63,664 bases of DNA from Nemertoderma westbladi (Eukaryota; Animalia; Xenacoelomorpha): assembly GCA_032718475.1 (NCBI GenBank), contig JAUCBJ010003687.1, positions 1 through 63,664 on the forward strand, written 5' to 3'. This document shows, in pieces, positions 25,741-37,865 of the stretch. The position numbers and the translations under genes are program-made. The notes beneath the pieces were generated by a model. That model was given only the letters and a program-made list of their open reading frames with translations. It had not been told where the DNA came from and did no database searches. Within the stretch, counting starts at the first letter, position 1; every line of letters begins with the position of its first letter.

Positions 25741-27371
25741 TAGCATGTGGAGTGGGCGTGTGACTATATCATTTTATATTTGTTTTTATTTTATATTTAT
25801 GTATGTATTATTATGTAATTTTATTATAATCGTTTTCTTTAATTTTATTTAGTAGCATGTTATTTTAGTGATTATTTAGTAGATTAGTGCAATATATTAG
25901 TGTTTATTACGTACGTAATTACTTATAATATATATTTAGTGCGACGGCGAGAAATAATTATTTTTTCTCTTTCCTTACTGTCCGTATCATATTATAAATA
26001 CGTGACTACAGTAAGATGAAATGTCCGTACTTCTTAAAGTACAATAAAGCCACTACTATATTCAGGTATTATTGGTAGGCAGAGTATTAGGAATGCAAAG
26101 TTCAGATCCTCGTGTCTCGGCTAAACCAAGCTCTGGGTAGACCTTGGAAACGACTTGCCTCTTCACACTGACATTGCTTCGTGCGATATTGCTCTTCTAC
26201 CTTATATTAAATAATACATATAGTAGCGTGATGTCCATATAACAGTAGCGTAAAACGCAAATAAATCTGTTAAACCTTTTGACCATCTGTAATTCTAGTC
26301 GATTAAGATATCGCGGCACCCACCGATATACTTGAAAGACAAATTCTAGAATCAGTGGTTAACGTCCCCAGACAAGTTCTGGAATAAATCGGTGCCCATC
26401 TTAAATATTAATTTAATATTTAGTAAAATCTGTAAAATTCAGATCCGTTAACAATTCTAGTCGATTAAGATATCGTAGCACTTACCGATACTCTTAAAAG
26501 ACAAATTTCATAGAATTAAGGATCCTATGTCTCCAGACCTGCTCTGGAATCAAATTGTGTCGATTTTAACATCAAATAATAAAATTCATGGGAATAAATT
26601 TAAATTCATATTTTAAATGAATTTCATAAATTGTCGTTTTATGCAATTTATAACATTCCCAAAATTCCATTAATTAATAGATCATGGGAGCGGAGATTCA
26701 TCCTATTGAGTGTATTAGAGTGCGAGAATCTCCAACATATAGTCAATAGCCGATAAAATTAATAAAATCATGTATAAAGAGGATATTGACAATTAAAGAA
26801 TTATTATTAAATAGCATCCCAGATCTGTATGCATGAGAATTACTCTAATTCTACCGCTAGCTTTCCATAATGTCACCATAGCAACACCCACGCTAGAATT
26901 AGAAGCAAGTTAAGAGAACAATAGCAAGCTTGTCACATTGCATAGCATAGAGAATACATAGCACACTGTTAGTATCCAAAGATACACAGTAATAACGTGA
27001 CATTCTGGAAGGCACTGACTAACGGACAAATGGCATGTATGTGTACAATTGGTGACAGTTGTGTGGAATTTGTGCGTTTATAGGTGAATGTTACTGCTAA
27101 AGTATGTTTACAGTAGGTAGTCGCAATTGTAAAAATAGCCCAACTCTCCTATAGAAAGAACCTAAAGTGGATTCAAGCCTTTGGGACGGACAGTGGAGTG
27201 ACTTGTGCCGGTTATCGTTGTCGTGCTGTTGCTACATGTTGGCGTAAACACCGCGACGACGGTACATCAGCGCTGAGAATCCCACTGTCCGGGGGCAAAG
27301 AGAGGTAGGCAGCGACGTCCGTTCGCCTAAACATAAACTCATTTCGATATTAACAAACTCAGATAGCAGAT

Positions 27372-28820
27372 ATGACGGAGTTGATAGAAGATGATCTTGG
27401 TATCAGGGAGCGATATACTCTACCTTTACAAGCATTTGTGGATAGCTTGATACGCGGTGAAACCGATCCAACCATTACGGAGGACGATGGTCGTTATATC
27501 GAACCGCCGATGTCCCAATAGCAACTTACGCGTGAATTGGACTATCGAAAATTCACCGCTCGCTATACGCATCGTAATAGTATGTATATGGACTTCCTAA
27601 CTACCGGCCATCCTATCGATTTACATGATACGGACGATGTAGACACCGAAAGGGAAATGGTTCTATTTAAATATCATACCCAGCGGAGTCGTAACGATAA
27701 ACCGAGAATAGATCACGAAAATTCTATTCGTAACAGACTGGGAAGACGAACCAATATGCCTAGAATCTGAGGAGATTCAGCCTATCGCGCCCGGAACAGC
27801 GACAACGATTACATCCTAGAATGGTATCAAGGTCCACAGTGTCTCACTGCGTACAATTATCGCCATGCCAACTATGTTTCTCGGCAACGTTGTCGGTTAT
27901 GCGCATCGAGAGACCATGATACGCCCATGGACACAAACGTCCGCTGTTCCTATTTCCAAGAACAACCGACTATGGAAATTTATTGCGCATATTGCCGACT
28001 CAATAACTTGCACATTTTTGCGGTTTGCCCTCAATTTATGACTCAATGTCACCATTGTCAACTAAAGGGACACGCCAGTTTCGATTGCCCTTTTAATCAC
28101 GATTTGGAAAGCGTAGATGAAATGATCACACTACGTTACATCCGAGCTTGGGAAGCGAACGCTGATTTACACTGTGATTTGCGCCATCGCTATTATCCCG
28201 GACGCGCTTACGAAGGAGTTTATGCGTTCCATCCTTATCTATTCGCTTCGGTCGAACAGAAATCACGCATATCGAGTTACGAGCTACTGAAGCGCGTCGG
28301 AGAATGTATTTCAACCAAATTCGTACGCAAATTTCTCAGGAGTGTTAATCCTAGCGACCTTCATTCCTATAACTTAATCAATTATATCCGTCAGGATCCG
28401 GACTATGGAGACTTGTTTGTTAACTCACACCCCGAGTTACAGGAAGTGTATCGACGACCTTACGAATACCGAGCACGCGAACGCGAGTTGGAAAGAACCA
28501 TTAAACCCCGGAGGTTTCTGACTGCCTGTGGTCCACCCACGGCTCTCGTTCAGACCACTCGTAAAGGACCCGTAAGAGCGGCTGTCTTAAAACGAGCTCT
28601 CAAAGCCGTTAGACCCCTCTCCTCCGACGTTGATGTCAATCAACCCGGTACTTCGACTGGCGGATACACCGACCATAATCCTACACCCTCTGATGCAATC
28701 ATATTGCACCCTTCACCCAGGAGTTATAGCCCTCCTTGTAAAGTGGCTCGCCCCAAAGAGAAAAAGACTCTGGCCAGCTTTAAAAAACTGCGAAAATGCC
28801 GTCCGCGTAAGAAAGACTAA
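27372..28820 (+). pseudogene. Extra 3' ORF of the LTR element: ~482-codon protein with three CCHC-type zinc fingers and a basic C-terminus; two in-frame stops (TAG 27519, TGA 27768)
   Basis: ATG 27372, ORF 27537 and ORF 27927 are all in one frame. Fingers are CRLCASRDHDTPMDTNVRC, CAYCRLNNLHIFAVC and CHHCQLKGHASFDC; the protein ends KKLRKCRPRKKD. Confidence 0.75.
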
Positions 28821-28901
28821 CTGTTTAGTAGAGTATTTACGTATATTAGAAACTGTGATTTTTGTATATTAATAGACTCAAATCCCATTTTCTGGGAGCG
28901 G

Positions 28902-30160
28902 TGTAAAAGCTTCTGTGGGATATAACTGGCCCTTTTGCTTTGCTTTGCTTTGCTTTGCTTTGCAATCCAGTTCCCCCCCAGGCGCTGGAATACTCTAAAA
29001 AGCTCTCTAACTCGAATGATACAAAGCGACCGGCTGATTGGCTGATTTGTTATACGAGGGGCTCTTTACTATGATTCTATCGGCCAACCAGAGCTATAGC
29101 AGCAGAGTATGCAACCAGGGCAACCGAGCGGAGTGACTCATTTTGTGTGTTGGCCAAGGGCTGCAAAAATCCTGATAGTTCGGCATTTAGATATTCGTGG
29201 AACCTGTGGAATCTGGTGTTCTGCCAATGAGAGCGATTCCTCTCTGTGTAAAAAGATACCTGCAACGGTGTTAGAGTCAGAGAGAGTGTTTTTGTTACTG
29301 TTGTGTTGTAGCTATCTAGGCCAGGAACACCGGCACTAGAGTCAACTCGTTTTCATACTTTAGAAGAAACATTAGTAGGCTTAAATTATAGAGCGTATAA
29401 CTGTTATCGGTTCATAACAATCAGTGCATATCACGGTCCATATCAGTACATTGTCATATCATATCTTAACCTACCGTCTTAATGGTTTGCTGTTGTTTGG
29501 TTGAATATTATTTGGAGAACATTTATAAAGAACCCAAATTTCCCAATTTTCTTGATACACTACAGGTTAGAGAGACGGGTTATATATAGCGATTGCGACT
29601 TATATTATTGTGGTTTGTAGTGAATTTAATGCTATTTGATAAGCATTACATGAATCCGTTGCTGTTCTCTTTATATATGATAAAATTCATTGACGGTCGG
29701 CAAATTAGTGAGCAGTATTGTGTGTTACCGGTAGTGTGCATGATTGTGACTGATAACTAAGCATTTCCTAAAGAATGCGCCTCATACGTGAATCATAAGC
29801 CTTACCGACTTACCGTTGTGATTAGTATAAGTCATAGCTCTGTTTAAATAGATAGAGCGCCACGTCCTAAAGGAACTGCTAATATTTCCCGAAAGTGAAT
29901 AATATTAGTCAGAAATTAATTATTAACGATCAATCGAATAATACAGTATAGTAAGCTTACACTGCAATAATAATCTAAGCCCTCAGAATCCAGTCTCCCG
30001 GGAATATCCAGCGGGTGAATGGACGCGCACTAGGCTGGCTTCTGCTAATGTTGTGTTTATTGGTATTAAATATTTGTCATCTTCTAAAGTCTATTTATAA
30101 ACCAAAAGACATATAAATTTTGGCAGGTTAAACTGCTAAAGGTCTTCAAAAGCGCGTACA
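28902..30160 (+). repeat. 3' LTR (1259 bp)
   Basis: Copy of the 5' LTR with a 20-bp (TTTGC)n expansion and about five substitutions seen by eye. Confidence 0.95.
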
Positions 30161-30779
30161 CTGTATTTCCACTACTGTACCTACAGAGTTACATACTGTA
30201 TTTCCACTACTGTACCTACAGAGTTACATACTGTATTTCCACTACTGTACCTACAGAGTTACATAATGTATTTCCACTACTGTACCTACAGAGTTACATA
30301 CTGTATTTCCATTTTATACATCCTTCTCTACTGTACCTACAGAGTTACATACTGTATTTATACACCCTTCTCTACTGTACCTACAGAGTTACGTACTGTA
30401 TTTATACACCCTTCTCTACTGTACCTACAGAGTTACATACTGTATTTCCACTACTGTACCTACAGAGTTACATACTGTATTTATACACCCTTCTCTACTG
30501 TACCTACAGAGTTACATACTGTATTTCCACTACTGTACCTACAGAGTTACATACTGTATTTATACACCCTTCTCTACTGTACCTACAGAGTTACATACTG
30601 TATTTATACACCCTTCTCTACTGTACCTACAGAGTTACATACTGTATTTCCACTACTGTACCTACAGAGTTACATACTGTATTTATACACCCTTCTCTAC
30701 TGTACCTACAGAGTTACATACTGTATTTATACACCCTTCTCTACTGTACCTACAGAGTTACATACTGTATTTCCATTTT
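30161..30779. repeat. 35-bp satellite, right part (with longer TATACACCCTTCT variants)
   Basis: Same unit as 15731-17644, resuming in register after the TSD. Confidence 0.95.
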
Positions 30780-30850
30780 CGAATAAAATGTATTTTTTCA
30801 AAAGTTTCAAATACAGATGACCGGGAAATTTTTCCAAAAATAAGAAGAAG

Positions 30851-33800
30851 ATTGGTGATTTAGCATTATGAATGGCTTCAAACTAAAAATTGGTGATTTA
30901 GCATTATGAATGGCTTCAAACTAAAAATTGGTGATTTAGCATTATGAATGATTTAGCATTATGAGTGGCTTCAAACTAAAAATTGGTGATTTAGCATTAT
31001 GAATGGCTTCAAACGAAAAATTGGTGATTTAGCATTATGAATGGCTTCAAACTAAAAATTGGTGATTTAGCATTATGAATGATTTAGCATTATGAATGGC
31101 TTCAAACTAAAAATTGGTGATTTAGCATTATGAATGGCTTCAAACTAAAAATTTGTGATTTAGCATTATGAATGATTTAGCATTATGAATGGCTTCAAAC
31201 TAAAAATTGGTGATTTAGCATTATGAATGGCTTCAAACTAAAAATTGGTGATTTAGCATTATGAATGGCTTCAAACTAAAAATTGGTGATTTAGCATTAT
31301 GAATGATTTAGCATTATGAATGGCTTCAAACTAAAAATTGGTGATTTAGCATTATGAATGGCTTCAAACTAAAAATTGGTGATTTAGCATTATGAATGGC
31401 TTCAAACGAAAAATTGGTGATTTAGCATTATGAATGGCTTCAAACTAAAAATTGGTGATTTAGCATTATGAATGATTTAGCATTATGAATGGCTTCAAAC
31501 TAAAAATTGGTGATTTAGCATTATGAATGGCTTCAAACGAAAAATTGGTGATTTAGCATTATGAATGGCTTCAAACTAAAAATTGGTGATTTAGCATTAT
31601 GAATGATTTAGCATTATGAATGGCTTCAAACTAAAAATTGGTGATTTAGCATTAGGAATGGCTTCAAACTAAAAATTTGTGATTTAGCATTATGAATGAT
31701 TTAGCATTATGAATGGCTTCAAACTAAAAATTGGTGATTTAGCATTATGAATGGCTTCAAACTAAAAATTGGTGATTTAGCATTATGAATGGCTTCAAAC
31801 TAAAAATTGGTGATTTAGCATTATGAATGATTTAGCATTATGAATGGCTTCAAACTAAAAATTGGTGATTTAGCATTATGAATGGCTTCAAACTAAAAAT
31901 TGGTGATTTAGCATTATGAATGGCTTCAAACTAAAAATTGGTGATTTAGCATTATGAATGGCTTCAAACTAAAAATTGGTGATTTAGCATTATGAATGGC
32001 TTCAAACGAAAAATTGGTGATTTAGCATTATGAATGGCTTCAAACTAAAAATTGGTGATTTAGCATTATGAATGGCTTCAAACTAAAAATTGGTGATTTA
32101 GCATTATGAATGGCTTCAAACTAAAAATTGGTGATTTAGCATCATGAATGGCTTCAAACGAAAAATTGGTGATTTAGCATTATGAATGGCTTCAAACTAA
32201 AAATTGGTGATTTAGCATTATGAATGGCTTCAAACTAAAAATTGGTGATTTAGCATTATGAATGGCTTCAAACTAAAAATTAGTGATTTAGCATTATGAA
32301 TGGCTTCAAACAAAAATTGGTGATTTAGCATTATGAATGGCTTCAAACTAAAAATTGGTGATTTAGCATTATGAATGGCTTCAAACGAAAAATTGGTGAT
32401 TTAGCATTATGAATGGCTTCAAACTAAAAATTGGTGATTTAGCATTATGAATGATTTAGCAGTATGAATGGCTTCAAACTAAAAATTGGTGATTTAGCAT
32501 TATGAATGGCTTCAAACTAAAAATTGGTGATTTAGCATTATGAATGGCTTCAAACTAAAAATTGGTGATTTAGCATTATGAATGATTTAGCATTATGAAT
32601 GGCTTCAAACTAAAAATTGGTGATTTAGCATTATGAATGGCTTCAAACTAAAAATTGGTGATTTAGCATTATGAATGGCTTCAAACTAAAAATTGGTGAT
32701 TTAGCATTATGAATGGCTTCAAACGAAAAATTGGTGATTTAGCATTATGAATGATTTAGCATTATGAATGGCTTCAAACTAAAAATTGGTGATTTAGCAT
32801 TATGAATGGCTTCAAACTAAAAATTGGTGATTTAGCATTATGAATGGCTTCAAACTAAAAATTGGTGATTTAGCATTATGAATGGCTTCAAACTAAAAAT
32901 TGGTGATTTAGCATTATGAATGGCTTCAAACTAAAAATTGGTGATTTAGCATTATGAATGGCTTCAAACTAAAAATTGGTGATTTAGCATTATGAATGGC
33001 TTCAAACTAAATATTGGTGATTTAGCATTATGAATGGCTTCAAACTAAAAATTGGTGATTTAGCATTATGAATGGCTTCAAACTAAAAATTGGTGATTTA
33101 GCATTATGAATGGCTTCAAACTAAAAATTGGTGATTTAGCATTATGAATGATTTAGCATTATGAATGGCTTCAAACTAAAAATTGGTGATTTAGCATTAT
33201 GAATGGCTTCAAACAAAAAATTGGTGATTTAGCATTATGAATGGCTTCAAACTAAAAATTGGTGATTTAGCATTATGAATGGCTTCAAACGAAAAATTGG
33301 TGATTTAGCATTATGAATGGCTTCAAACTAAAAATTGGTGATTTAGCATTATGAATGGCTTCAAACTAAAAATTTGTGATTTAGCATTATGAATGGCTTC
33401 AAACTAAAAATTGGTGATTTAGCATTATGAATGGCTTCAAACTAAAAATTGGTGATTTAGCATTATGAATGGCTTCAAACTAAAAATTGGTGATTTAGCA
33501 TTATGAATGGCTTCAAACGAAAAATTGGTGATTTAGCATTATGAATGATTTAGCATTATGAATGGCTTCAAACTAAAAATTGGTGATTTAGCATTATGAA
33601 TGGCTTCAAACTAAAAATTGGTGATTTAGCATTATGAATGGCTTCAAACTAAAAATTGGTGATTTAGCATTATGAATGGCTTCAAACTAAAAATTGGTGA
33701 TTTAGCATTATGAATGGCTTCAAACTAAAAATTGGTGATTTGCATTATGAATGGCTTCAAACGAAAAATTGGCGATTTAGCATTATGAATGATTTAGCAT

Positions 33801-36800
33801 TATGAATGGCTTCAAACTAAAAATTGGTGATTTAGCATTATGAATGGCTTCAAACTAAAAATTGGTGATTTAGCATTATGAATGATTTAGCATTATGAAT
33901 GGCTTCAAACTAAAAATTGGTGATTTAGCATTATGAATGGCTTCAAACGAAAAATTGGTGATTTAGCATTATGAATGGCTTCAAACTAAAAATTGGTGAT
34001 TTAGCATTATGAATGGCTTCAAACTAAAAATTGGTGATTTAGCATTATGAATGATTTAGCATTATGAATGGCTTCAAACTAAAAATTGGTGATTTAGCAT
34101 TATGAATGGCTTCAAACTAAAAATTGGTGATTTAGCATTATGAATGGCTTCAAACTAAAAATTGGTGATTTAGCATTATGAATGGCTTCAAACTAAAAAT
34201 TGGTGATTTAGCATTATGAATGGCTTCAAACGAAAAATTGGTGATTTAGCATTATGAATGATTTAGCATTATGAATGGCTTCAAACTAAAAATTGGTGAT
34301 TTAGCATTATGAATGGCTTCAAACTAAAAATTGGTGATTTAGCATTATGAATGATTTAGCATTATGAATGGCTTCAAACTAAAAATTGGTGATTTAGCAT
34401 TATGAATGGCTTCAAACTAAAAATTGGTGATTTAGCATTATGGATGGCTTCAAACGAAAAATTGGTGATTTAGCATTATGAATGGCTTCAAACGAAAAAT
34501 TGGTGATTTAGCATTATGAATGGCTTCAAACTAAAAATTGGTGATTTAGCATTATGAATGGCTTCAAACTAAAAATTGGTGATTTAGCATTATGAATGAT
34601 TTAGCATTATGAATGGCTTCAAACTAAAAATTGGTGATTTAGCATTATGAATGGCTTCAAACTAAAAATTGGTGATTTAGCATTATGAATGGCTTCAAAC
34701 TAAAAATAGGTGATTTAGCATTATGAATGGCTTCAAACTAAAAATTGGTGATTTAGCATTATGAATGGCTTCAAACTAAAAATTGGTGATTTAGCATTAT
34801 GAATGATTTAGCATTATGAATGGCTTCAAACTAAAAATTGGTGATTTAGCATTATGAATGGCTTCAAACTAAAACTTGGTGATTTAGCATTATGAATGGC
34901 TTCAAACGAAAAATTGGTGATTTAACATTATGAATGATTTAGCATTATGAATGGCTTCAAACTAAAAATTGGTGATTTAGCATTATGAATGGCTTCAAAC
35001 TAAAAATTGGTGATTTAGCATTATGAATGGCTTCAAACTAAAAATTGGTGATTTAGCATTATGAATGATTTAGCATTATGAATGGCTTCAAACTAAAAAT
35101 TGGTGATTTAGCATTATGAATGGCTTCAAACTAAAAATTGGTGATTTAGCATTATGAATGGCTTCAAACTAAAAATTGGTGATTTAGCATTATGAATGGC
35201 TTCAAACTAAAAATTGGTGATTTAGCATTATGAATGGCTTCAAACTAAAAATTGGTGATTTAGCATTATGAATGGCTTCAAACTAAAAATTGGTGATTTA
35301 GCATTATGAATGATTTAGCATTATGAATGGCTTCAAACTAAAAATTGGTGATTTAGCATTATGAATGGCTTCAAACTAAAAATTGGTGATTTAGCATTAT
35401 GAATGGCTTCAAACTAAAAATTGGTGATTTAGCATTATGAATGGCTTCAAACGAAAAATTGGTGATTTAGCATTATGAATGGCTTCAAACTAAAAATTGG
35501 TGATTTAGCATTATGAATGATTTAGCATTATGAATGGCTTCAAACTAAAAATTGGTGATTTAGCATTATGAATGGCTTCAAACTAAAAATTTGTGATTTA
35601 GCATTATGAATGGCTTCAAACTAAAAATTGGTGATTTAGCATTATGAATGGCTTCAAACTAAAAATTGGTGATTTAGCATTATGAATGGCTTCAAACTAA
35701 AAATTGGTGATTTAGCATTATGAATGGCTTCAAACGAAAAATTGGTGATTTAGCATTATGAATGATTTAGCATTATGAATGGCTTCAAACTAAAAATTGG
35801 TGATTTAGCATTATGAATGGCTTCAAACTAAAAATTGGTGATTTAGCATTATGAATGGCTTCAAACTAAAAATTGGTGATTTAGCATTATGAATGGCTTC
35901 AAACTAAAAATTGGTGATTTAGCATTATGAATGGCTTCAAACTAAAAATTGGTGATTTAGCATTATGAATGGCTTCAAACGAAAAATTGGCGATTTAGCA
36001 TTATGAATGATTTAGCATTATGAATGGCTTCAAACTAAAAATTGGTGATTTAGCATTATGAATGGCTTCAAACTAAAAATTGGTGATTTAGCATTATGAA
36101 TGATTTAGCATTATGAATGGCTTCAAACTAAAAATTGGTGATTTAGCATTATGAATGGCTTCAAACGAAAAATTGGTGATTTAGCATTATGAATGGCTTC
36201 AAACTAAAAATTGGTGATTTAGCATTATGAATGGCTTCAAACTAAAAATTGGTGATTTAGCATTATGAATGATTTAGCATTATGAATGGCTTCAAACTAA
36301 AAATTGGTGATTTAGCATTATGAATGGCTTCAAACTAAAAATTGGTGATTTAGCATTATGAATGGCTTCAAACTAAAAATTGGTGATTTAGCATTATGAA
36401 TGGCTTCAAACTAAAAATTGGTGATTTAGCATTATGAATGGCTTCAAACGAAAAATTGGTGATTTAGCATTATGAATGATTTAGCATTATGAATGGCTTC
36501 AAACTAAAAATTGGTGATTTAGCATTATGAATGGCTTCAAACTAAAAATTGGTGATTTAGCATTATGAATGATTTAGCATTATGAATGGCTTCAAACTAA
36601 AAATTGGTGATTTAGCATTATGAATGGCTTCAAACTAAAAATTGGTGATTTAGCATTATGAATGGCTTCAAACGAAAAATTGGTGATTTAGCATTATGAA
36701 TGGCTTCAAACGAAAAATTGGTGATTTAGCATTATGAATGGCTTCAAACTAAAAATTGGTGATTTAGCATTATGAATGGCTTCAAACTAAAAATTGGTGA

Positions 36801-37541
36801 TTTAGCATTATGAATGATTTAGCATTATGAATGGCTTCAAACTAAAAATTGGTGATTTAGCATTATGAATGGCTTCAAACTAAAAATTGGTGATTTAGCA
36901 TTATGAATGGCTTCAAACTAAAAATAGGTGATTTAGCATTATGAATGGCTTCAAACTAAAAATTGGTGATTTAGCATTATGAATGGCTTCAAACTAAAAA
37001 TTGGTGATTTAGCATTATGAATGATTTAGCATTATGAATGGCTTCAAACTAAAAATTGGTGATTTAGCATTATGAATGGCTTCAAACTAAAACTTGGTGA
37101 TTTAGCATTATGAATGGCTTCAAACGAAAAATTGGTGATTTAGCATTATGAATGATTTAGCATTATGAATGGCTTCAAACTAAAAATTGGTGATTTAGCA
37201 TTATGAATGGCTTCAAACTAAAAATTGGTGATTTAGCATTATGAATGATTTAGCATTATGAATGGCTTCAAACTAAAAATTGGTGATTTAGCATTATGAA
37301 TGGCTTCAAACTAAAAATTGGTGATTTAGCATTATGAATGGCTTCAAACGAAAAATTGGTGATTTAGCATTATGAATGGCTTCAAACTAAAAATTGGTGA
37401 TTTAGCATTATGAATGGCTTCAAACTAAAAATTGGTGATTTAGCATTATGAATGGCTTCAAACTAAAAATTGGTGATTTAGCATTATGAATGGCTTCAAA
37501 CTAAAAATTGGTGATTTAGCATTATGAATGGCTTCAAACTA
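30851..37541. repeat. 38-bp satellite (TGGTGATTTAGCATTATGAATGGCTTCAAACTAAAAAT) with interspersed +17-bp variants
   Basis: Homogeneous tandem array of ~6.7 kb. Confidence 0.98.
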
Positions 37542-37865
37542 TAAATTTCGGAAATGTTTATTTTTAAAATGATAAAGTTTCAGGTGTATAAAACCAGTAT
37601 CGCGGTACAGGTGGTGTATTGCGTGTATAGAATGTAGTATCGTATGAGTGTATATCGTACCCAACTGTATATTCAGCTTAATATAAGTGACACAATTTTT
37701 ATGAGAGTTTTCTACTTACAAAGTTTAATCCGTCCATTTTTTTGGATACCTTATGAAGTACTATTGCTTTACACAGCAACATGGGGTGTTCTACCTAGGC
37801 CTCAATACTATAATAGTATTTTTATAAGACGTCTTCAACTATTCACTGTCTACGTCTACCAACAC

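Larger units (their letters stand above)
17645..30160 (+). mobile_element. Non-autonomous BEL/Pao-derived LTR retrotransposon, 12.5 kb, with extra 3' ORF
   Basis: TG...CA LTRs at both ends and a 5-bp TSD CTGTA (17640-17644 and 30161-30165). A short purine tract GGGAGCGG (28894-28901) precedes the 3' LTR. Internal BEL-type Gag, protease and RNase H tail motifs. Confidence 0.93.

Noticed and set aside
21118-28820. Alternative genetic code explaining the in-frame stops
   Set aside because: All three stop types occur in the element, and host genes end normally with TAA.
15731-37541. CRISPR-like arrays (35- and 38-bp repeats)
   Set aside because: Units are head-to-tail with no unique spacers, there are no cas genes, and the context is eukaryotic.
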